Source: a virus
DNA length: 64,000 nucleotides
Virus record (IMG/VR): IMGVR_UViG_3300025543_005580
Coordinates: 1 to 64,000 of that record
Strand: one strand, 5' to 3'
Every line of letters starts with the position of its first letter. Within the stretch, counting starts at the first letter, position 1. The notes under the pieces are model-generated. The model was not told the origin of the DNA. It made no database searches and saw only the letters and a program-made list of their open reading frames with translations. Shown here one piece after another: positions 57,601 through 64,000 of this stretch. The translations under genes and the position numbers were made by a program.

Positions 57601-60600
57601 CTGCTTCACCTGCTGTACCATTTGAACCTGAAGAACCACTTGTTCCACTAGTTGCACTTAGAGCACTTGCTCCTGCTTCACCTGAAGTACCTGAGCTACC
57701 CGTTGAACCACTAGTTCCTGATGTTTCGCTATTTCCTGAAGTACCTGCAACTCCACTTGTACCTATTGTACCTGAAGAACCTGAAGTACCTGAAGTAGCA
57801 CTTAAACCACTTTGACCATCATTACCTGTAGTACCGTTTGAACCACTTGAACCTGATGTTCCTGAGGTTGCACTTAGGGCTGAAGCACCTGCATCTCCAG
57901 CAGTACCTGAACTACCTGTTGAACCTGAGGTTCCGCTAGTAGCACTTAAAGCACTAGCACCTGCTTCACCTGCTGTACCATTTGAACCAGTTGAACCTGA
58001 AGTACCTGAAGTTCCTGAAGAACCTGAACTTGCACTATCTCCACTTGTTCCAGCTACACCTGATGTACCTATAGTACCTGATGAACCACTAGTTCCTGAA
58101 GTAGCACTTAATCCTGATTGTCCTGCATTACCTGAAGTACCATTTGAACCTGTACTACCTGAACTACCAGATGTACCTGAAGTTGCACTTAAGGCTGAAG
58201 CTCCGGCTTCACCTGCTGTACCACTTGAACCACTAGAACCACTTGTTCCAGATGTATTACTTAGAGCCGAAGCACCTGCATCTCCAGCAGTACCTGAACT
58301 ACCTGTTGAACCTGAGGTTCCACTTGTTTCGCTATTTCCTGAAGTACCTGCAACTCCACTTGTACCAATTGTACCTGAAGAACCTGAAGTACCCGATGTT
58401 GCACTTAGTGCTGATTGACCAGCATTCCCCGCCGTACCATTTGAACCAGATGAACCACTAGTTCCTGAAGTAGCACTTAAAGCACTTGCTCCTGCATCTC
58501 CTGCAGTACCTGAACTACCTGTTGAACCGCTTGTTCCACTTGTTTCACTATTACCTGAAGTTCCAGCTACACCTGATGTACCGTTTGTACCCGTACTACC
58601 TGATGAACCTGAAGTACCTGCTGATCCTGATGTTGCACTAGCACCTGAAGTGCCTGCTACTCCTGAAGTACCAATTGTACCTGAAGATCCTGAAGTTCCA
58701 CTTGTAGCACTTAGAGCACTTTGTCCTGCGTTTCCTGCTGTACCATTTGAACCACTAGATCCAGATGTACCTGATGTAGCACTTAAAGCTGAAGCACCTG
58801 CGTCTCCTGCTGTACCACTAGAACCTGTTGAACCTGAAGTACCTGAAGTAGCACTTAAAGCTGAAGCACCTGCTTCACCTGCTGTACCACTAGAACCAGT
58901 TGAACCTGAAGTTCCTGATGAACCTGAACTTGCACTATTTCCTGAAGTTCCAGCTACACCTGAGGTACCTACTGTACCTGAACTTCCTGAAGTTCCACTT
59001 GTAGCACTTAATGCGCTTTGTCCTGCGTTTCCTGCTGTACCATTTGAACCACTTGAACCACTTGAACCACTTGTTCCACTTGTAGCACTTTCAGCGGAAG
59101 CACCTGCTTCACCTGCTGTACCTGATGAACCACTTGAACCTGAAGTACCACTTGTAGCACTTAAAGCGCTTTCTCCAGCATCACCTGCTGTACCTGTTGA
59201 ACCTGATGAACCTGAAGTTCCTGATGAACCTGAACTTGCACTATTTCCTGACGTACCTGCAACTCCTGAAGTACCAATTGTACCTGAAGAACCGCTAGTT
59301 CCACTTGTATCACTTAAGCCACTTTCACCTGCATTACCTGATGTACCTGTTGAACCACTAGAACCCGAAGTACCACTTGTTGCACTATCTCCTGACTCAC
59401 CTGTTGTACCTGATGATCCTGTAGAACCACTTGTACCTGATTCTCCACTTGTAGCTGCAATTCCATTTTCTCCTGAAGTACCTGATGAACCTGTTGTTCC
59501 ACTAGTAGCACTAATTCCTGAAGTACCTGCAATTCCGTTTTCACCACTTGTACCTGATGAGCCTGTTGTACCTGAGGTGGCACTATCACCACTTGTTCCA
59601 GCTACACCGCTTGTACCTATTGTACCTGATGAACCACTAGTTCCACTCGTAGCACTTAGTGCACTTTGACCAGCATTACCTGCTGTACCATTTGAACCTG
59701 AAGAACCACTAGTTCCACTAGTAGCACTATCGGCTGAAGCACCTGCTTCACCTGCTGTACCACTTGAACCACTAGAACCACTTGTACCACTTGTCTCACT
59801 TAAGGCAGAAGCACCAGCTTCACCTGCTGTACCTGAACTACCTGTTGAACCGCTTGTTCCACTTGAACCACTTGTTTCACTATTTCCTGATGTACCTGCA
59901 ACTCCTGAAGTACCTATTGTACCTGATGAACCTGAAGTACCTGAAGTAGCGCTTAAACCACTTTCTCCAGCATTACCATTCGTTCCTGTTGAACCTGAAG
60001 AACCACTAGTTCCACTTGTTTCACTATTTCCTGATTGACCAGCACTACCTGAAGAACCTGTAGAACCTGAAGTTCCTGATTCTCCACTAGTTGCAGCAAC
60101 TCCATCAGCACCTGAAGTACCTGATGAACCTGTTGTTCCACTAGTAGCACTTATACCACTTGTTCCAGCAATTCCATCAGCACCTGCTGAACCTGAACTA
60201 CCTGTTGTACCTGAGGTGGCACTATCTCCACTTGTTCCAGCTACACCACTTGTACCTATTGTACCTGAAGATCCTGATGTACCTGAAGTAGCACTATTTC
60301 CTGATTGACCTGCGTTTCCAGCAGTACCATTTGAACCCGTTGATCCACTTGTACCACTTGTGGCACTTAAAGCGGAAGCGCCTGCATCTCCTGCTGTACC
60401 TGATGAACCTGAACTTCCTGAGGTACCTGAAGTAGCACTTAAAGCTGAAGCACCTGCGTCTCCTGCTGTACCTGAACTACCTGATGAACCTGAAGTTCCT
60501 GATGAACCTGATGAAGCACTAGCACCTGAAGTACCTGCAACTCCACTTGTACCTATTGTACCACTTGAACCAGCAGTACCTGAAGTAGCACTTAAACCAC

Positions 60601-63600
60601 TTTGTCCTGCGTTTCCAGCAGTTCCTGTTGAACCACTTGAACCTGAAGTACCACTTGTAGCACTATTTCCTGATTCTCCTACGGTACCGTTTGATCCTGT
60701 TGAACCACTTGTTCCTGATTCTCCACTTGTACCTGAAATTCCATCAGCTCCATTTGAACCTGATGAACCTGTTGTACCTGAAGTTGCACTTGCGCCACTT
60801 GTACCTGAAATTCCATCAGCTCCATTTGAACCTGATGAACCTGTTGTACCTGAAGTTGCACTTGCGCCACTTGTACCATTAATTCCGCTAGTACCTATTG
60901 TACCTGATGAACCGCTTGTTCCGGATGTAGCACTTAAACCACTTTGTCCTGCGTTTCCAGCAGTTCCTGTTGAACCACTTGAACCGCTTGAACCGCTTGT
61001 TCCACTAGTAGCACTATCGGCTGAAGCACCTGCGTCTCCTGCTGTACCTGATGAACCTGATGAACCACTTGTTCCTGATGTTGCACTATCTGCTGAAGCA
61101 CCTGCTTCACCTACTGTACCACTTGAACCTGTTGAACCACTTGTTCCTGATGTTGCACTATCTCCACTTGTACCTGCGACTCCTGAAGTACCTATTGTAC
61201 CTGAGCTACCTGAAGTACCTGAAGTAGCACTTAAACCACTTTGTCCTGCGTTTCCAGCAGTTCCTGTTGAACCACTTGAACCTGAAGTACCTGAAGTGGC
61301 ACTATTTCCTGATTGACCTGCAATTCCATTATCTCCTGAAGTACCACTTGAACCAGTTGTACCTGAAGTACCTGATTCACCTGAAGTTCCTGCAACTCCA
61401 TCAGCACCTGATGAACCTGAGCTACCTGTTGTTCCACTTGTAGCACTTTCACCACTTGTTCCAGCAATTCCATCAGCTCCGTTTGAACCTGATGAACCTG
61501 TTGTTCCACTAGTAGTACTTTCACCTGAAGTACCTGCTACACCTGAGGTACCTATTGTACCTGATGAACCACTAGTTCCTGAAGTTGCACTTTGAGCAGA
61601 TTGACCTGCGTTACCTGATGTACCAGTTGAACCACTAGTACCACTAGTTCCACTTGAAGCACTATCTCCTGAATTACCAGCAGTACCTGAACTACCTGTT
61701 GTACCTGAAGTACCTGATTCACCGCTAGTTGCTGCTATTCCATTTTCACCTGAAGTACCTGAAGAACCTGTTGTTCCTGAAGTACTTGATTCGCCACTTG
61801 TGCCTGCAACTCCATCAGCACCTGCTGAACCTGAACTACCTGTTGTACCTGAGGTGGCACTATCTCCACTTGTACCAGCAACTCCTGAAGTACCTATTGT
61901 ACCTGAAGAACCTGATGAACCGCTTGTAGCAGAAGCACCTGATTGACCTGCATTTCCTGAAGTACCTGAAGAACCATCTTCACCACTTGTACCTGAAGTA
62001 CCTGTAGCACCTGATTGCCCAGCGGCACCTGTTGTACCTGAAGATCCGTCAATACCACTTGTACCTGATGTACCATCAACTCCTGAAGTACCAACTGTAC
62101 CTGAAGCACCTGATGTTCCACTTGTTGCTGAAACACCTGACTGACCTGCATTTCCTGAAGTACCTGTAGAACCGGTTGAACCTGAAGTTCCTGAGGTAGA
62201 ACTTAAACCGCTTTCTCCAGCAATTCCATTATCCCCTGATGTACCTGAGCTACCTGTTGTACCTGATGTACCACTAAATCCACTAATTCCATCATTACCT
62301 GCTTCACCTGTTGTACCACTAGAACCAGTTGAACCTGAAGTACCTGATTCACCTGATGTACCTGATGTACCTGAATCTCCTGAAGTACCTGAAACTCCTG
62401 AAGTACCTATTGTACCACTTTCTCCAGACGTACCTGAAGTAGCTGTTAACCCTGATTGACCTGCATTTCCTGAAGTACCTGAAGAACCATCTTCACCACT
62501 TGTACCTGAAGTACCTGTAGCACCTGATTGTCCAGCGGCACCTGTTGAACCTGATGAACCATCTATACCACTAGTACCTGAGGTACCATCAACTCCACTT
62601 GTACCTATTGTACCTGAGTCTCCTGAAGTACCTGAAGTGGCACTATTTCCTGATTGACCTGCATTTCCTGAAGTACCTGAAGAACCATCTTCACCACTTG
62701 TACCTGAAGTTCCATCGGCTCCTGATTGTCCAGCAGCACCTGTTGTACCTGAAGATCCGTCAATACCACTTGTACCTGATGTACCTGCAACTCCTGAAGT
62801 ACCTATTGTACCTGAGTCTCCTGACGTACCTGAAGTACCTGCAACTCCGCTTTGTCCATCGGCACCATTTGTTCCTGATGTACCTGATTGTCCTGTTGTA
62901 CCTGAAGAACCAGCTTGTCCTGATGTACCTGATGTAGCTGCTACATATCCTAGTGTTCCTGTAATAGGATCGTATGTTACTACATTTACTATATCTTGTA
63001 CAGGTAAAGTATCTACATTAAAACTACCTGTTACTTCTAAACTACCTGAAATTATTGCTGAACCAGTATATGGGAAAGCTCCTATACCTGATGTACCTGA
63101 GGTAGCAGCAATTTGACCTGTAGTAGTAATTACATATGAGTAATGTGAAGTACCTTCAGTATAGAAAGTTGTATTTAGATTTTGGTTTTCGTTGTTTTTA
63201 ACCCAAATCTCAACCATCATACGATATGATGGATCAATAGTACTTCCTACTAATGTAATATCAGTTTCAAGTAATACTGGGGTTGTATTATTGTTATTCC
63301 ATCCTATTAGTGTGGGTTGAGAATTACCTAGGGTTTGTAATACGTTACCTGAACCGTCTGTAATTTTTAATGTAATAAATAATTCTACATCATCGTTTAT
63401 AGCTGGTTTAGTAGCCCATAATTTAAATTGTTGAACACCACCTGGGATTACATTAAATCCAAATGGAGTTGAAATATATGTTTGTAACTTAGTATCTGTG
63501 TTTTGAATAGCAGATACAGTAACTGATTGTTCGGCAGATACTGTTACATCTTTAGATAATTGTTTATAGGGTGATACTTCAACTACTGATTCATTAAAGT

Positions 63601-64000
63601 AGTAAATAGCACCTGTTGTAAGACCATCTCTACCGGATGTACCTGATTCACCTGATGTACCTGATGTACCTGATGTACCTGATGTACCTGAAGTACCTGA
63701 AGTACCATTAGCACCTGAAGTACCTGCTGTAGCTGCTGCTCCACCAGTAATATCTACTAATACTCCGTTTGATCCCGAAGTTGTTACTACAACACCAGAT
63801 CCGGTAAAATTAATATCAGCATTATTTTTAGACACTAACGAACCGGTATAATATATATCAGTTTGTGTTAAATCATCTAGGAAATTTTGAACTTCAATTT
63901 GATAAGCAGCAAATTCTTGACCTGTATTTAAATCTGTAAATCCTGGGAAATTAGATTTAAACATTGGTGCTAAACTTTCGTTTTCTGAAAGAGCAACAAC
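51608..64000 (-). CDS. Giant Gly/Ser/Thr-rich fibre protein (at least 4118 aa, 5' end probably outside the window) with a C-terminal tail-fibre/chaperone-like domain
   Basis: About 3500 aa of G-T-S/G-S-S triplets; C-terminal AGSGLTGGG, P..D..WDIG....W.DVW and GDYLVTS...GHA...VFAKALE. The 12 codons upstream of the track ATG (VVALSENESLAP) remain open to position 64000. Confidence 0.88.
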   Translation of the reverse strand, partial: VVALSENESLAPMFKSNFPGFTDLNTGQEFAAYQIEVQNFLDDLTQTDIYYTGSLVSKNNADINFTGSGVVVTTSGSNGVLVDITGGAAATAGTSGANGTSGTSGTSGTSGTSGTSGESGTSGRDGLTTGAIYYFNESVVEVSPYKQLSKDVTVSAEQSVTVSAIQNTDTKLQTYISTPFGFNVIPGGVQQFKLWATKPAINDDVELFITLKITDGSGNVLQTLGNSQPTLIGWNNNNTTPVLLETDITLVGSTIDPSYRMMVEIWVKNNENQNLNTTFYTEGTSHYSYVITTTGQIAATSGTSGIGAFPYTGSAIISGSLEVTGSFNVDTLPVQDIVNVVTYDPITGTLGYVAATSGTSGQAGSSGTTGQSGTSGTNGADGQSGVAGTSGTSGDSGTIGTSGVAGTSGTSGIDGSSGTTGAAGQSGADGTSGTSGEDGSSGTSGNAGQSGNSATSGTSGDSGTIGTSGVDGTSGTSGIDGSSGSTGAAGQSGATGTSGTSGEDGSSGTSGNAGQSGLTATSGTSGESGTIGTSGVSGTSGDSGTSGTSGESGTSGSTGSSGTTGEAGNDGISGFSGTSGTTGSSGTSGDNGIAGESGLSSTSGTSGSTGSTGTSGNAGQSGVSATSGTSGASGTVGTSGVDGTSGTSGIDGSSGTTGAAGQSGATGTSGTSGEDGSSGTSGNAGQSGASATSGSSGSSGTIGTSGVAGTSGDSATSGTTGSSGSAGADGVAGTSGESSTSGTTGSSGTSGENGIAATSGESGTSGTTGSSGTAGNSGDSASSGTSGTSGSTGTSGNAGQSAQSATSGTSGSSGTIGTSGVAGTSGESTTSGTTGSSGSNGADGIAGTSGESATSGTTGSSGSSGADGVAGTSGESGTSGTTGSSGTSGDNGIAGQSGNSATSGTSGSSGSTGTAGNAGQSGLSATSGTSGSSGTIGTSGVAGTSGDSATSGTSGSTGSSGTVGEAGASADSATSGTSGSSGSSGTAGDAGASADSATSGTSGSSGSSGSTGTAGNAGQSGLSATSGTSGSSGTIGTSGINGTSGASATSGTTGSSGSNGADGISGTSGASATSGTTGSSGSNGADGISGTSGESGTSGSTGSNGTVGESGNSATSGTSGSSGSTGTAGNAGQSGLSATSGTAGSSGTIGTSGVAGTSGASASSGSSGTSGSSGSSGTAGDAGASALSATSGTSGSSGSSGTAGDAGASALSATSGTSGSTGSNGTAGNAGQSGNSATSGTSGSSGTIGTSGVAGTSGDSATSGTTGSSGSAGADGIAGTSGISATSGTTGSSGTSGADGVAATSGESGTSGSTGSSGSAGQSGNSETSGTSGSSGSTGTNGNAGESGLSATSGTSGSSGTIGTSGVAGTSGNSETSGSSGTSGSTGSSGTAGEAGASALSETSGTSGSSGSSGTAGEAGASADSATSGTSGSSGSNGTAGNAGQSALSATSGTSGSSGTIGTSGVAGTSGDSATSGTTGSSGTSGENGIAGTSGISATSGTTGSSGTSGENGIAATSGESGTSGSTGSSGTTGESGDSATSGTSGSSGSTGTSGNAGESGLSDTSGTSGSSGTIGTSGVAGTSGNSASSGSSGTSGSSGSTGTAGDAGESALSATSGTSGSSGSSGTAGEAGASAESATSGTSGSSGSSGSNGTAGNAGQSALSATSGTSGSSGTVGTSGVAGTSGNSASSGSSGTSGSTGSSGTAGEAGASALSATSGTSGSTGSSGTAGDAGASALSATSGTSGSSGSNGTAGNAGQSALSATSGTSGSSGTIGTSGVAGTSGASATSGSAGTSGSSGSTGTNGTSGVAGTSGNSETSGTSGSTGSSGTAGDAGASALSATSGTSGSSGSNGTAGNAGQSALSATSGTSGSSGTIGTSGVAGTSGNSETSGTSGSTGSSGTAGDAGASALSNTSGTSGSSGSSGTAGEAGASALSATSGTSGSSGSTGSNGTSGNAGQSGLSATSGTSGSSGTIGTSGVAGTSGDSASSGSSGTSGTSGSTGSNGTAGEAGASALSATSGTSGSTGSSGTAGDAGASALSATSGTSGSSGSNGTTGNDGQSGLSATSGTSGSSGTIGTSGVAGTSGNSETSGTSGSTGSSGTSGEAGASALSATSGTSGSSGSNGTAGEAGASALSATSGTSGSSGSTGSNGTNGNAGQSGLSATSGTSGSSGTVGTSGVAGTSGASASSGSSGTSGTSGSTGSNGTAGEAGASALSSTSGTSGTSGSTGSSGTAGNAGASALSATSGTSGSSGSNGTSGNAGQSALSATSGTSGSSGTIGTSGVAGTSGNSASSGSSGTSGSSGSTGTAGDAGASALSATSGTSGSSGSSGTAGDAGASALSATSGTSGSTGSNGTSGNAGQSGLSATSGTSGSSGTVGTSGVAGTSGNSTTSGSAGTSGTSGSTGSNGTAGEAGASALSATSGTSGSSGSSGTAGDAGASALSATSGTSGSSGSNGTAGNAGQSALSATSGTSGSSGTIGTSGVAGTSGNSSTSGTSGSTGSTGTSGNAGESGISNTSGTSGTSGSTGSNGSIGASGASATSGSAGTSGSSGSTGSNGTSGNAGQSGLSATSGTSGSSGTVGTSGVAGTSGASASAGTSGTSGSSGSTGSSGTAGEAGVSALSATSGTSGSTGSSGTAGNAGASALSATSGTSGSSGSNGTAGNAGQSALSSTSGTSGSSGTIGTSGVAGTSGNSETSGTSGSTGSSGTSGDAGASALSATSGTSGSSGSNGTAGNAGASALSATSGTSGSSGSTGSNGTSGNSGQSGLSATSGTSGSSGTVGTSGVAGTSGNSETSGTSGSTGSSGTAGDAGASALSNTSGTSGSSGSNGTAGNAGDSALSATSGTSGSSGSSGSSGSNGTSGNAGLSGLSATSGTSGSSGTIGTSGVAGTSGLSATAGTSGTSGSTGSNGTAGNAGASALSATSGTSGTSGSTGSNGTAGNAGASALSATSGTSGTSGSTGSNGTTGNAGLSGLSATSGTSGSSGTIGTSGVAGTSGLSATAGTSGTSGSTGSNGTAGNAGASALSATSGTSGTSGSTGSNGTAGNAGASALSATSGTSGTSGSTGSNGTTGNAGLSGLSATSGTSGSSGTIGTSGLAGTSGLSKTSGTSGSTGSNGTSGNAGVAGASALSATSGTSGSSGSSGTTGNAGASALSKTSGTSGSTGSNGTTGNAGQSGLSATSGTSGSSGTVGTSGVAGTNGLSALSGTSGSTGSNGTSGNAGANGTSNVSGTSGSTGSNGTSGVAGNNGTSNISGTSGSSGSNGTNGASGASRTSGTSGSSGSTGTTGNAGQSGLSATSGTSGSSGTIGTSGVAGTNGLSRLSGTSGSSGSNGTTGNNGTNGLSRFSGTSGSSGSNGTSGVNGASGISRTSGSSGTSGSSGSNGTTGNAGLSGLSATSGTSGSSGTIGTSGVAGTSGLSRVSGTSGSTGSNGTSGNAGANGTSNVSGTSGSTGSNGTSGNAGANGTSNVSGTSGSTGSSGTSGNNGASGASRTSGTSGSSGSTGTNGNNGASGISRTSGTSGSSGTSGNNGVSGASKTSGTSGSTGSNGTTGNAGLSGLSATSGTSGSSGTIGTSGVAGTSGLSRTSGASGSTGSNGTSGVNGTSGLSRVSGTSGSSGSNGTSGVNGASGISRTSGTSGTSGSSGSNGTIGNAGQSALSATSGTSGSSGTIGTSGVAGTSGLSRVSGTSGSSGSNGTSGVNGGNGLSRLSGTSGSSGSNGTSGVNGASGASRTSGTSGSSGTSGNTGTNGLSRASGTSGSTGSNGTSGNTGTNGLSKLSGTSGSSGSNGTTGNNGTNGLSRVSGTSGSTGSNGTTGNAGLSGLSATSGTSGSSGTIGTSGVAGTSGLSRLSGTSGSTGSNGTSGVGGASGVSGGSGTSGTSGIDGTSGISGNVGTSGTYVSIIAGSGLTGGGALSTDRTLNIGSGTGITVNANDIAINWSNTANNGEIVSYNAGRPNRLTVANYTAPDFNWDGNMNPIQDRVWDIGRPDLCWRDVWAIAFNTCGIFEQNLAGNNKEDNNNHELGTVMVWKDGDLVPCTNEKDHMRMGVMVPDKNIPIVQGAEPVLVIGIVKEGDYLVTSDKVGHAKAITREEMINENLQDVVFAKALESGSGDSYVINAYINI
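54741..55390 (-). repeat. Near-perfect 315-bp (105-aa) tandem duplication inside the giant fibre gene
   Basis: CTTAATCCTGATAAACC recurs at 54741, 55056 and 55371, and the intervening sequence looks identical by eye. Confidence 0.85.

Noticed and set aside
52300-62950. Giant repeat as an ice-nucleation protein
   Set aside because: It lacks the AGYGSTxTA 16/48-residue periodicity of InaZ-type proteins; the similarity is only compositional.
43454-63964. Repeats as a CRISPR array or a diversity-generating retroelement
   Set aside because: The repeats are in-frame coding triplets with no repeat-spacer structure. No cas or reverse transcriptase gene and no adenine-specific TR/VR pair was seen.
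1-64000. tRNA/ncRNA genes and stop-codon reassignment
   Set aside because: Intergenic gaps are short and AT-rich with no cloverleaf seen by eye. Genes are intact under the standard code, with TAA, TAG and TGA all used as stops.

Overview
A 64-kb segment of a large, AT-rich, T4-like (contractile-tail) phage genome. Every credible gene is on the minus strand. Promoter motifs and gene content point to a Bacteroidota host. In transcription order (right to left) there are seven modules. (1) A giant Gly-X-Y Ser/Thr-rich fibre gene (at least 4118 aa, frame open at the window edge) and three paralogous collagen-like genes. (2) A protein/glycan-modification cluster: GT2-methyltransferase, two 2OG-Fe(II) oxygenases, two GT4-like enzymes and an Aah/TibC-like heptosyltransferase. 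(3) A tail module: sheath, tube, gp26-like chaperone with a probable programmed frameshift, tape measure, baseplate proteins and a hub-amidase. (4) Replication and recombination genes: a short PolA-like protein, SSB, RecA, 5'-3' exonuclease, DnaB-like helicase and NrdAB. (5) A lipoprotein with a GH7-cellulase-like motif set, followed by a lysis cassette. (6) ThyA and small ORFs. (7) A 7-deazaguanine DNA-modification cluster (DpdA-like, QueC, QueD, QueE) that runs on into a carbamoyltransferase and an HPRT. The best candidates for undescribed biology are a phage 'glyco-collagen' fibre system with three chains whose internal repeats match in length (42/42/43 aa), a phage GH7-like lipoprotein, and a possibly carbamoylated deazaguanine base. 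All calls come from motif recognition by eye; no database searches were run.
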